DNA from: Gemmatimonadaceae bacterium
GTDB lineage: Bacteria; Gemmatimonadota; Gemmatimonadetes; Gemmatimonadales; Gemmatimonadaceae
Direction of reading: 5' to 3'
NCBI GenBank assembly: GCA_040901985.1
Contig: JBBDYC010000016.1
Location: 8,628 to 33,101, forward strand
DNA: 24,474 nucleotides
In this document: positions 16,073 to 24,474 of the stretch, piece after piece
How the letters are laid out: each line of letters starts with the position of its first letter
Position numbering within the stretch: the stretch's first letter is position 1
The notes under the pieces: model-generated
Databases searched by the model: none
What the model was told of the DNA's origin: nothing
Seen by the model: only the letters and a program-made list of their open reading frames with translations
Translations under genes and position numbers: made by a program

Positions 16073-17467
16073 CTAAAGATGCCAGTCGGGGTCGGCGCCG
16101 GGTAGCGCGTCCCAGACGGCGCGCATCTGCTGCCAGTCAGGGTGGCCGAACTGAAAGTACGTGAGCTGCTTCCCCAACTCCACGCCGGGCTGGTCGAGCG
16201 GGTCCACGCCGTAGAGCTGCGCGGCGTAGATCGTCGCCAACTCGAAGAACATAAAGAGGCCGCCGAGGTGCCAGGCGTCGGCGCGCTCGACGCGCAGCGT
16301 CATCGTCGGGCGTCCGGCGCGGGCGAGCGCGCCGGCCGTCGCCCGCGCCTCGGCGCGCAGGAGCTCGGCAAAGCCGTGGCCGCGCAGGTAGGCGAGCTCC
16401 GGCGGCGCGTCCACCGTCGGCGGGATCACGATCTCGTCGTGCGTCTCGACGTCCACGAAGGTGACCGTCTTGTCGTCCGGGCCCTCCATGAAGAGCTGGA
16501 CCTGCGCGTGCTGGTCGGTCGCGCCGACGGCGGCGATCGGCGTCGGACCGACCGACTCACCCGACGCGGCCCGCTTGCCGAGCGACTCCGCCCAGAGCTG
16601 GACGAACCAAGGCGCGAGGTCGCGCAGCGCCTCGCTGTACGGCATCAGGACGTGCGTCCCCTGCCCGGCCGCGGTGTGCGCGCGCCACTGCAACGCGGCG
16701 AAGGCGAGCGCCGGGTTGGCACGGAGCACGCCGGTCGCGCAGCGGTCGCGCATCGCGGTCGCGCCGGCAATCAGCGCGTCCACGTCCATCCCGACCAGCG
16801 CGGCGGGGAGCGTGCCGACCGGCGTGAGCACCGAGAAGCGCCCGCCCACATTCTCCGGGACGGCAAACGCCGGGATCCCCTCGGCATCGGCGATCCGGCG
16901 GAGGGCGCCGCGCGACGGATCGGTGACGAAGGCGAGGTGCTTGCGCAGGGAGAGGCCGGCGGCGCGCAGCCGGTCCCGGACCAGGAGGTACTGCGCCATC
17001 GTCTCGGCCGTGCTCCCCGACTTGGAGATGGCGACAAAGCGCGCGCCGGCGAGCGGCACCGTCCGCGCGTCGAGCAGGCCGCTCACCGCGCGCGGGTCCA
17101 CGTTGTCGAGGACGTGCAGCCGCGGCCGGCCGCCGCGCGCGTCGCGCGCCCAGAGGTTCCACTCGCGTCCGAGGAGTGCCGTGCGCAGCGCCACCGCGCC
17201 GAGCGCGGACCCGCCAATCCCGAGGACGACGACGTCGTCCGTCTCGGCGGCGGTCGCCGCGGCCCAGTCGGCGGCGCGGGTCCGTTCGGCGGCCTGCGCC
17301 TCGAGCTCGCGGAAGCCCAGGACACCGGCGGCGGCCATCGCGAGCAGGGCGTCGTGCGCGGCGGCGAGCCGCGGCGCCAGCGCCGCCAGCACCGCCAGCA
17401 CCGCGTCGCCCGGACCCGACGGGATTGACCGGTCGAGCATCCCCGAGACGTCGAGCCGGATTGTCAC
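16073..17467 (-). CDS. pgi: Glucose-6-phosphate isomerase
   Basis: GIGGSALG, SKSGSTAET, VGGRFSVL, QLWAESLGK, DQHAQVQL, DQPGVELGK. Confidence 0.96.
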   Translation of the reverse strand: MTIRLDVSGMLDRSIPSGPGDAVLAVLAALAPRLAAAHDALLAMAAAGVLGFRELEAQAAERTRAADWAAATAAETDDVVVLGIGGSALGAVALRTALLGREWNLWARDARGGRPRLHVLDNVDPRAVSGLLDARTVPLAGARFVAISKSGSTAETMAQYLLVRDRLRAAGLSLRKHLAFVTDPSRGALRRIADAEGIPAFAVPENVGGRFSVLTPVGTLPAALVGMDVDALIAGATAMRDRCATGVLRANPALAFAALQWRAHTAAGQGTHVLMPYSEALRDLAPWFVQLWAESLGKRAASGESVGPTPIAAVGATDQHAQVQLFMEGPDDKTVTFVDVETHDEIVIPPTVDAPPELAYLRGHGFAELLRAEARATAGALARAGRPTMTLRVERADAWHLGGLFMFFELATIYAAQLYGVDPLDQPGVELGKQLTYFQFGHPDWQQMRAVWDALPGADPDWHL

Positions 17468-18243
17468 GACGGCACCTCGACCGAGAGCCCGTCGTAGGCC
17501 GCGTGCACCCCCTCGGGAAGCGACGCCGAGAGCGCGGCGTGCGACGACTCGTGCGTGAGGTGTGTCAGGTAGGTGGCCGACGCGCCGACCTTCCGCGCCA
17601 CGGCCACCGCCTCGGCGACCGACAGGTGCGTGGGGTGGGCGGCACGGAAGAGGGCGTTCAGCACCAGCACCCGCACCCCGCGCAACTGCGCGACGACCTC
17701 GTCGGGGATCGTCTTGGCGTCGGTGATGTAGGCCAGCGCGCCGATTCGGTAGCCGTAGACGCGCATCGGGCCGTGCGGGACGGACAGCGGCGTGACGTCG
17801 AGGTCGCCAATCCGTACCGTGACGCCCGGTTCGAGCGGATGGGCGAACCCCTCGGGCTTGCTCGTGCCCGGCAGCGGCTTCATCGTCGGGTCGAAGATGT
17901 ACGGGAAGCGTCGCGTCAGGGACGCGAGCGTCTCCGGGGGACCGTACATCGGGAGCGCGCCGTCGCGCCGCACCGAGATCGAGCGGACGTCGTCAATCCC
18001 GTGCGTGTGGTCGGCGTGCTCGTGCGTGAAGAGCACCGCATCCACGCGGTCCACGCCGGCGGCAATCAGCTGCAGCCGCAACTCGGGCGGCGTGTCAATG
18101 AGGAGGCGCTGCTGCCTCGACTCGACCACCGCCCCGACGCGGGTGCGGCGGTCCCTCGGGTCGTCGGAGCGGCAGACGGCGCATCCGCAGCCGATCTGCG
18201 GCACCCCGAAGCTCGTGCCGGTCCCGAGGAAGGTCAGCCTCAC
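17464..18243 (-). CDS. PhnP-like metallo-beta-lactamase-fold hydrolase
   Basis: LGTGTSFGVPQIGCGCAVC, IDTPPE, THEHADHTHGIDD, HG, YITD, HPTH, THLTH, AYDG. GTGA overlaps with both neighbours. Confidence 0.92.
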   Translation of the reverse strand: MRLTFLGTGTSFGVPQIGCGCAVCRSDDPRDRRTRVGAVVESRQQRLLIDTPPELRLQLIAAGVDRVDAVLFTHEHADHTHGIDDVRSISVRRDGALPMYGPPETLASLTRRFPYIFDPTMKPLPGTSKPEGFAHPLEPGVTVRIGDLDVTPLSVPHGPMRVYGYRIGALAYITDAKTIPDEVVAQLRGVRVLVLNALFRAAHPTHLSVAEAVAVARKVGASATYLTHLTHESSHAALSASLPEGVHAAYDGLSVEVPS

Positions 18244-19667
18244 ACCGTCTCCACCTTGAGCTGATTCGTCGAGCCCGGCACGTCGAACGGGACGCCGGCG
18301 GTGACGACGACGCGGTCGCCGGGCTTGGCGAAGCCGCGCTGCACGAGGTGCTCGCGGGCCAGCGCCGCCATCTCGTCGTAGGTGTTGCAGTGCGGCACGA
18401 GGATCGGCACGACGCCCCAGACCAGGGCCAGTTGGCGGTAGGTGCGCGCGTTGTCCGTGAGGACGACGATCCGCACGTTGGGACGCCGCGCGGCGACGAT
18501 CCGCGCCGAGAAGCCGCTCTTGGTGAAGACGACGATTGTCGAGGAGCCGAGCAGGCGCACGGCGGTCACGCTGGCGCTGGCAATCGTCTCCTCGATGGTC
18601 GCGCGTCCCGGCTCAAGGCGGTCAATGCCGCGGCCGCGTTCCACCGGCGCCACCTCGGCGGCGTTGGCGATCCGGCGCATCGCCTTCACCGCCAGCTCCG
18701 GATGCAGTCCTGCCGCCGTCTCCGCCGAGAGCATCACCGCGTCGGTACCGTCGAGGATCGCGTTGGCGACGTCGCTCGCCTCGGCGCGCGTCGGCCGCGG
18801 ATGCTGGACCATGGACTCGAGCATCTGGGTCGCCGTGATCACCGGCCGTCCGTACCGATTCGCCAGGCCGATGATGCGCTTCTGCTGCAGCGGCACCTGC
18901 TCGAACGGCAGCTCGACGCCGAGGTCGCCGCGGGCAACCATCACCGCGTCGGTGACCCGGAGGATCCCCTCGATCCGCTCGAGCGCCGAGTCCTTTTCGA
19001 TCTTGGCGACGATCAGCATCCCCTTCGGGAGCAGCGCGCGCAGCTCCTCGATGTCCTCGGGGCGCCGGACGAAGCTCAGCGCGAGGTAGTCGAGGTCGTG
19101 TTCGATCGCGAACGGGATGTCGGCGCGGTCCTTCTCGGTGAGCGACGGCGCCGAGACGTCCACGCCGGGGAGGTTCATCCCCTTGTTGCTCTTGAGGAGC
19201 CCGCCGTAGCGGACGCGCACGTGGACCCGCGCGCCGACGATTTGCTCGACGCTCAGCGCGATCAGGCCGTCGTCCACGAGGATTGTGCCGCCGACCACGA
19301 CGTCGCCGGCGAGGGCGTCGTAGGTGACCGGGATCTCGCCGTCCTTGGCGCTTTCCTCCGGTGCGAGGACGACCTGTTCGTCCTCCACCAGCGGGATGGC
19401 ATCGCTGAGTGCGCCGATGCGGATGCGCGGGCCCTGCAGGTCACCGAGGATCGCGAGCGGCCGCCCGAGCTCCTGGGCGATGCCGCGGATCGTCTCGACC
19501 GTGCGGGCGTGCTCCTCTTGGGCGCCGTGCGAGAAGTTGAGCCGCGCGACGTTCATTCCCGCCAGCACCAGCTTGCGGATCACGTCGGGGCTCGTCGAGG
19601 CGGGCCCGATGGTGGCCACGATCTTGGTGACGGCGTCGCCGACGGCCGTGCCGGGGAGCGGGGTCAC
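18240..19667 (-). CDS. pyk: Pyruvate kinase
   Basis: TKIVATIGP, ARLNFSHG, DLQGPRIR, AKIE, MVARGDLGVE, ATQMLESM, PTRAEASDVANA, DAVMLSAETA. GTG 19667, 4 nt after the tal stop, is preferred over TTG 19688. Confidence 0.97.
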   Translation of the reverse strand: MTPLPGTAVGDAVTKIVATIGPASTSPDVIRKLVLAGMNVARLNFSHGAQEEHARTVETIRGIAQELGRPLAILGDLQGPRIRIGALSDAIPLVEDEQVVLAPEESAKDGEIPVTYDALAGDVVVGGTILVDDGLIALSVEQIVGARVHVRVRYGGLLKSNKGMNLPGVDVSAPSLTEKDRADIPFAIEHDLDYLALSFVRRPEDIEELRALLPKGMLIVAKIEKDSALERIEGILRVTDAVMVARGDLGVELPFEQVPLQQKRIIGLANRYGRPVITATQMLESMVQHPRPTRAEASDVANAILDGTDAVMLSAETAAGLHPELAVKAMRRIANAAEVAPVERGRGIDRLEPGRATIEETIASASVTAVRLLGSSTIVVFTKSGFSARIVAARRPNVRIVVLTDNARTYRQLALVWGVVPILVPHCNTYDEMAALAREHLVQRGFAKPGDRVVVTAGVPFDVPGSTNQLKVETV

Positions 19668-19671
19668 GGGA

Positions 19672-20820
19672 TCAGCGATCCACGGCAACGGGACGCCCGA
19701 GCGCGGCGGTCTTCCGCCCGATCCCGGCGACGAGGCTGTCGAACGACTTCTGGAATGACGCGAGCCCCTCGACGAGGAGGCGATCGGTCACCGCGTCGAG
19801 GTCAATCCCAATGGCACCGAGGTCGCTGAGGAGCCGCTCCGCCTCGGCGGCGTTGGCGTCCACCGTGCGCTTGACCACGCCGTGGTCGCGAAACGCGTCG
19901 AGCGTCGCCGGGGGCATCGTGTTCACGGTCTCGGGGCCGATCAGCTGCTCGACGTACATCACGTCGCGGTAGGCCGGATTCTTGGTGCTCGTGCTCGCCC
20001 AGAGGGGGCGCTGGACCTGGGCGCCACGGGCGCGAAGCGTCCCCCACCGCGGGCCGCTGAAGCGCTCGGTGAAGAGGCGGTAGGCCCGCTTGGCGTTGGC
20101 GATCGCGGCGCGGCCCCGGAGTGCGGCGGCACGGTCGGCGGCGAGCGTGCCGGCGGCGACCGTGGCGTCGAGCGCGGCGTCAATGGCGCTGTCCACCCGG
20201 CTGACGAAGAATGACGCCACCGACGCCACCGTCGTGAGGTCTCCGCCGGCGGCGGCGCGCGCCTCGAGGCCGCGCAGGTATGCGTCCATCACGCGGTCGT
20301 GCGCGGCCACCGCGAAGAGCAACGTGACGTTCACGTTGAGCCCGTCGGCCACCAGCCGCTCGAGCGCACGGCACCCGTCGGGCGTCCCGGGGACCTTGAT
20401 CATCACGTTCGGCCGCGCGACGGTCATCCAGAGCCGGTGGGCCTCGGCGATTGTCGCGTCGGCGTCGTGCGCCGCGGCTGGCGAGACCTCGATCGAGACG
20501 TAGCCGTCGTGCGCCTTCGACGCCACGTACACGTCGCGGAAGGCGTCGCAGGCGGCGCGCACGTCGTCGGTCTCGACCAGTTCGAAGAGCTCCAAGGCGG
20601 TGCGGCCCTCGGCGGCCTCCCGGAGCTGCGCGTCGTACGCCGTGCCCTTCTCGAGCGCCTTCTCGAAGATCGTCGGGTTGGACGTCATCCCGGTGAGCGC
20701 CTCGTCCTCGATCCGACGGCGGAGGCGATTGCCCTCGAGGAGGTCGCGGTCAATGAAGTCGAGCCAGATGGACTGGCCGGCGGCGCGGAGGGCGTGGAGG
20801 GGCGTGCGGGGCGCGGACAT
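19672..20820 (-). CDS. tal: Transaldolase
   Basis: GQSIWLD, GMTSNPTIF, VSIEVSP, Schiff-base lysine NVMIKVPGT, NVNVTLLF, SVASFFVSRVD, RPLWASTSTK, TVNTMP. Start at ATG 20820. Confidence 0.96.
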   Translation of the reverse strand: MSAPRTPLHALRAAGQSIWLDFIDRDLLEGNRLRRRIEDEALTGMTSNPTIFEKALEKGTAYDAQLREAAEGRTALELFELVETDDVRAACDAFRDVYVASKAHDGYVSIEVSPAAAHDADATIAEAHRLWMTVARPNVMIKVPGTPDGCRALERLVADGLNVNVTLLFAVAAHDRVMDAYLRGLEARAAAGGDLTTVASVASFFVSRVDSAIDAALDATVAAGTLAADRAAALRGRAAIANAKRAYRLFTERFSGPRWGTLRARGAQVQRPLWASTSTKNPAYRDVMYVEQLIGPETVNTMPPATLDAFRDHGVVKRTVDANAAEAERLLSDLGAIGIDLDAVTDRLLVEGLASFQKSFDSLVAGIGRKTAALGRPVAVDR

Positions 20821-20855
20821 TGCGGTGCCGGTTGGAGGGGCGTGGCGACCCGGGC

Positions 20856-20864
20856 AATTTACCA
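20856..20864 (-). promoter_or_regulatory. Extended -10 (TGn-TAAATT) for the tal-pyk-pgi-fba operon
   Basis: The minus strand reads TGGTAAATT, 35 nt upstream of the tal ATG. It is the main AT-rich patch in the divergent intergenic region. Confidence 0.55.
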
Positions 20865-20928
20865 CGCCGCCGTCGCTGGCGTCGTCCGCGCCCCCGGGCG
20901 ACCTTTCGACCGACCCTCTCCCGCCGAC

Positions 20929-22902
20929 GTGGATCTCCTCGAACCGCACTCCGCACCGTCCTCCCCGCGCCTCTCCTCGTGGCGGAGTCTCCCGTTCACG
21001 GCGCAGTTGGCGGTGGTGGGGATGCTGGTGGCACTGGCCTGGTTCCTGACGGCGCGCCTTGCTGCCGACGAGGCCGAGGCCGCTGCGCGTGAGCGCAACG
21101 AGGAGCTCGCGCGCATCCACCAACTCGAAATGGCGGCGGTCCGGATGATAACCTCAATCACGGCGATGTCCGCCGCCCATCGAGGCTTCATCCTCTCGGG
21201 CACCGAGGATCGGCTGGTATCGTTCGGCCAGGCGCGGCGGTCCTTCTCCGCCGACTCGGTGCTGCTCCACGAGTATGGAGCCCGCGACGCGCGGATCCGC
21301 GCCGGCCTTGCGCGGATTGCCCGCACGGTGGACCGCTGGGAGCGCGAGGTGGTCGGGCCGAGCGTCGAGCGACGTCGGCGCGGCGGACTCGACGCGTTTG
21401 CCGAGGGGACACCGGGTGCGCGGTTCGTCGCGCGCGGCGCCGCCTTTCTCGACACGTTGCGCGTCCAGCACGCGCAGCTCCTCCGCGACCTCCGCGACGA
21501 TGTCATCCGGCTCGAATACCAAGCCGAGGCCTTCGCGGCACGCGACGAATGGGAAGCCTTCGTCCTCCGCGCGGCAGCGGTGGCGGTCTTTCTCCTTGCC
21601 CTGGCGCTGTTGATGCGTCTCGTCGCACGCGCGATGCACCAGGTGGTTGGTGCGGCGGAAGCGCTCGACGCTGGCCGCTACGGCGACGCGCGGCTGCCGC
21701 ACGCGAAGCGGGCGCCCAACCGCGAGATGGCGCGGCTGGCGCACACGTTCGACCGGCTCGCCCAGAGCATCGAGATGCGCGAGCGCCAGCTCCAGGACGA
21801 CATCGAGAAGCTGAAGGAACTCGAACGGCTGAAGGCCGACTTCGTCTCGACGGTGAGCCACGAGCTGCGGACACCGCTGACCTCGATGCGCGGCGCGCTG
21901 GGGCTCCTCATCGGGGGCAAGGCCGGCGAGGTCCCGCCCAAGGGGCTCGAGCTGCTGCGGATCGCCCTCACCAACACCGACCGGCTGATCCGGCTCATCA
22001 ACGACATCCTCGACATCGAGAAGATGGATGCCGGCCACGTGGCGATCCGCCACGATCGCCTGCGCCTCGTGCCGCTGATCGAGGCGACGATTGCCGGCCT
22101 CGAGGGGTACGCCCGCGACGCCGACGTGCGGTTCGTCCTCACGGCCGAAAGCGATGTGGAGGTGATTGGCGACTCGGACCGCCTCATCCAGGTCTTCACG
22201 AACCTCGCGTCGAACGCCATCAAGTTCTCGCCAAAGGGCTCCGCGGTGGAGGTCACGGTGCACGCCGCGTCGCACCGCGTGGTCGTGTCGGTGCGCGACC
22301 ACGGGCCGGGCATCGCTCCCGAGTTCGCCTCGCGCATCTTCGGGCGGTTCCAACAGGCCGGTGGCGCGCAATCCAGGCAAAGCGGCGGCACGGGGCTCGG
22401 GCTCAGCATCGCGAAAGGGATCACCGAGCTCCACGGCGGCCAGGTCGGGTTCGAGAATGCCGAGGGCGGCGGGGCGAGTTTCTGGGTGGCACTGCCGATC
22501 GCGGCCGCGACGGCAAGCCGCGCGGACGCCCGCGCGGTGGTGTTGGTCGTGGAGGACGACGAGTCCCTGCGCGCCGTGCTCGCCGCCTCGATTGAGCCCT
22601 TTGCGCGGCCGATCGCCGTCGTTGGCGCCGAGGCGGCCTTGGCGCTCCTCGCCACGGAGAACGTGAAGGTCATCATCGTGGACCACGGGCTCCCCGGGAT
22701 GGACGGACTGGCGTTCTCGCGGCGGCTCCGAAAGGATCCCCGGCATCGGGCGCTCGCCCTCATCCTCTACTCGGCGCACGAGTTCACCGCCGACGAGCTC
22801 CGCGAATCGGGAGTGCGCGTCGCCGACGCCTTCGTGAAGACACGCGATCGGCACGAGATGGTGGTGGACCGGGTGCGGCGCGAGCTCCACGGCGCCGCCT
22901 GA
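20929..22902 (+). CDS. Hybrid sensor histidine kinase (TM-CHASE3-TM-HAMP-HisKA-HATPase-REC)
   Basis: CHASE3-like HRGFILSG, H-box VSHELRTPL, N-box NLASNAIKFS, DHGPGI, GGTGLGL, receiver VVEDD..IVDHGLPGMDG. GTG 20929 is the likely start; the track extension is antisense to tal. Confidence 0.92.
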   Translation: MDLLEPHSAPSSPRLSSWRSLPFTAQLAVVGMLVALAWFLTARLAADEAEAAARERNEELARIHQLEMAAVRMITSITAMSAAHRGFILSGTEDRLVSFGQARRSFSADSVLLHEYGARDARIRAGLARIARTVDRWEREVVGPSVERRRRGGLDAFAEGTPGARFVARGAAFLDTLRVQHAQLLRDLRDDVIRLEYQAEAFAARDEWEAFVLRAAAVAVFLLALALLMRLVARAMHQVVGAAEALDAGRYGDARLPHAKRAPNREMARLAHTFDRLAQSIEMRERQLQDDIEKLKELERLKADFVSTVSHELRTPLTSMRGALGLLIGGKAGEVPPKGLELLRIALTNTDRLIRLINDILDIEKMDAGHVAIRHDRLRLVPLIEATIAGLEGYARDADVRFVLTAESDVEVIGDSDRLIQVFTNLASNAIKFSPKGSAVEVTVHAASHRVVVSVRDHGPGIAPEFASRIFGRFQQAGGAQSRQSGGTGLGLSIAKGITELHGGQVGFENAEGGGASFWVALPIAAATASRADARAVVLVVEDDESLRAVLAASIEPFARPIAVVGAEAALALLATENVKVIIVDHGLPGMDGLAFSRRLRKDPRHRALALILYSAHEFTADELRESGVRVADAFVKTRDRHEMVVDRVRRELHGAA

Positions 22903-22935
22903 GCCGGCCCCGGGCGACCCGGGAGCGGCGCGCGC

Positions 22936-24369
22936 TCAGCGCGGCCGCGCGCCGAACCCCTCGCGCGTCATCGTGCCCCAGCTCTCCACGCCGCGCGCGT
23001 ACTTCCAGAAGGCCTGGAGGCGGAAGAGCACCGTCATCTGGCGGAAGCCGAGGCCCTCGATCAGCGCGTAGCCGATCAGCCGCCAGAAGTCGCGGCGCCG
23101 ACGGTAGCGCCGGAAGCTCAGTTCCTCGAGCACGATCGCCCAGATCGAGAGGAGCGTGCCATAGCCGATCGCGACGGCGAGAAAGACGAGCGCGAAGCCG
23201 CCGTCCACGGCGCCGACCAGCAGCCCGACGACGAGCGCCAGCCAGCCCCCCACCTCGACCAGCGGCGCGATCATCTCCCCGAAGAGGTAGAACGGCACGG
23301 CCACCATCCCGATCCGCCCGTACTTCGGGTTGAACAGCATCGTGCGGTGCTCCCACAGCGTGCCGATGAGCCCGCGATGCCACCGCTCGCGCTGGCGGGC
23401 CAGGACGCGCGCCGAGGTCGGCACCTCGGTCCACGCCACGGGGTCGGGGATGAAGGGGAGCGACGCCCGGATCCCGTTCTCGCGCAGGTACCGATGCAGC
23501 CGCACCACGAGGTCCATATCCTCGGTCACGTTGCCGGTCCGGTAGCCGCCGATGGCCATCAGGTACTCCCGGCGGAAGAGGCCGAACGCCCCCGAGATGA
23601 TGAGGTTGCCGCCGAGCCGGTTCCACCCGAGCCGGCCGAAGAGGAAGGCGCGCAGGTACTCGACGACCTGGCATCCGGGGAGCCAGCGCGGATCCACCCG
23701 CGCCTCGACCACGCGCCCGTACTCCACGATGCACTCGTTGGCGACGCGGATCGTGCCACCGACCGCGGCAATGTTGTCGCCGAGCAGGAAGGGTCGCGCG
23801 AGCCGGATCAGCGCGTCGGGCTCGATCAGCGTGTCGGCGTCCACCGCCACGACGAACGGATGCCGGGCCGCATTCATCGCGGCGTTGAGGGAGTCGGCCT
23901 TCCCGCCGTTCTCCTTGTCTATCACGAGGAGCCGGGAGTGGCGCCGCGACCGATGGTAGTGCCGCACCGACTTGGTCGCAATCGTCACCGGATAGGCCGG
24001 CGGCACCTCGTAGAGATCGAACTCGCGTACCAGTACGTCCATCGTCCCGTCTTTCGAGCCGTCGTTCACGACGATGACCTCAAGATGCGGATACTCGAGG
24101 GTCAGGAAGGAGAGGAGACTCGAGGTGATGCTGACCTCCTCGTTGTACGCCGGCACGAGGAGGGAGAGAGGGGGGAGGGCGTCCGACGCGAGGAGGCGCT
24201 GGAGGTGCTCGTCGGCGGCGAGACGCCAGTGTCGCCAGAGCTCGGGGACCGAGAGGATCAGCAGGATGGCGTAGCCGCTATTCAGGGCAAGGAGGTAGGC
24301 GAGGGCCGCGTGGTCGGCCCACCAGAGGATGCTGCGGATGGCGTCGAGGAGGACGGGATCCGCGATCAC
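22936..24369 (-). CDS. Processive family 2 glycosyltransferase (PgaC/IcaA-like)
   Basis: N-terminal TM, VPAYNEE, NDGSKD, KENGGKADSLN, DADT, SGAFGLFRR, TEDMD, QRERW, C-terminal TM helices. Confidence 0.93.
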   Translation of the reverse strand: MIADPVLLDAIRSILWWADHAALAYLLALNSGYAILLILSVPELWRHWRLAADEHLQRLLASDALPPLSLLVPAYNEEVSITSSLLSFLTLEYPHLEVIVVNDGSKDGTMDVLVREFDLYEVPPAYPVTIATKSVRHYHRSRRHSRLLVIDKENGGKADSLNAAMNAARHPFVVAVDADTLIEPDALIRLARPFLLGDNIAAVGGTIRVANECIVEYGRVVEARVDPRWLPGCQVVEYLRAFLFGRLGWNRLGGNLIISGAFGLFRREYLMAIGGYRTGNVTEDMDLVVRLHRYLRENGIRASLPFIPDPVAWTEVPTSARVLARQRERWHRGLIGTLWEHRTMLFNPKYGRIGMVAVPFYLFGEMIAPLVEVGGWLALVVGLLVGAVDGGFALVFLAVAIGYGTLLSIWAIVLEELSFRRYRRRRDFWRLIGYALIEGLGFRQMTVLFRLQAFWKYARGVESWGTMTREGFGARPR

Positions 24370-24474
24370 GCATCCGCCATATCGAGCACCGCGCCGTCGC
24401 TGAGGCCGCTGACGAGCGTCGCCGTGTCGCGGGCAAACCGGTCCGGGCTCTCGCGCGCGGCGCGGAGCGCCGCG
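24366..24474 (-). CDS. C-terminus of a truncated upstream gene, probably a HEAT-repeat protein
   Basis: Reads AALRAARESPDRFARDTATLVSGLSDGAVLDMADA*. Its TGA overlaps the GT2 GTG (GTGA). The L..A....D.FARD.A pattern is HEAT-like. Confidence 0.6.
   Translation of the reverse strand, partial: AALRAARESPDRFARDTATLVSGLSDGAVLDMADA

Noticed and set aside
20299..21123. Apparent long head-to-head overlap of tal and the kinase
   Set aside because: It results from the track choosing the most upstream starts. Plausible starts (20820 and 20929) leave a normal 108-nt divergent intergenic region.

Overview
Very GC-rich bacterial chromosomal segment with mostly core genes. Gene content and order suggest Gemmatimonadota or a similar lineage (inference, not searched). 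On the + strand at left are a 5'-truncated cysteine desulfurase and mnmA. A long - strand run follows, in transcription order: tal, pyk, a PhnP-like MBL hydrolase, pgi, class II fba, a coiled-coil lipoprotein, a YtxH-like gene frameshifted at a C13 tract, yihY, ltaE, a His-containing membrane protein, SRP RNA (ffs), dnaX, ybaB, recR, an unannotated 89-aa membrane-anchored HEAT-like protein, mglB, mglA, pgsA, cinA, a Uma2 nuclease, grpE and dnaJ. At right, a CHASE3 hybrid histidine kinase (+) converges on a processive GT2 glycosyltransferase (-), which is coupled to a truncated, probably HEAT-repeat gene. I saw no CRISPR array, tRNA, rRNA or transposase. The most interesting items are four. (1) An MglBA polarity module with a coupled small membrane protein and a ~33-aa insertion in MglA. 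(2) A consensus sigma54 promoter overlapped by a palindrome upstream of grpE-dnaJ. (3) The HEAT/GT2/kinase putative polysaccharide locus. (4) Probable leaderless and CTG-initiated genes.
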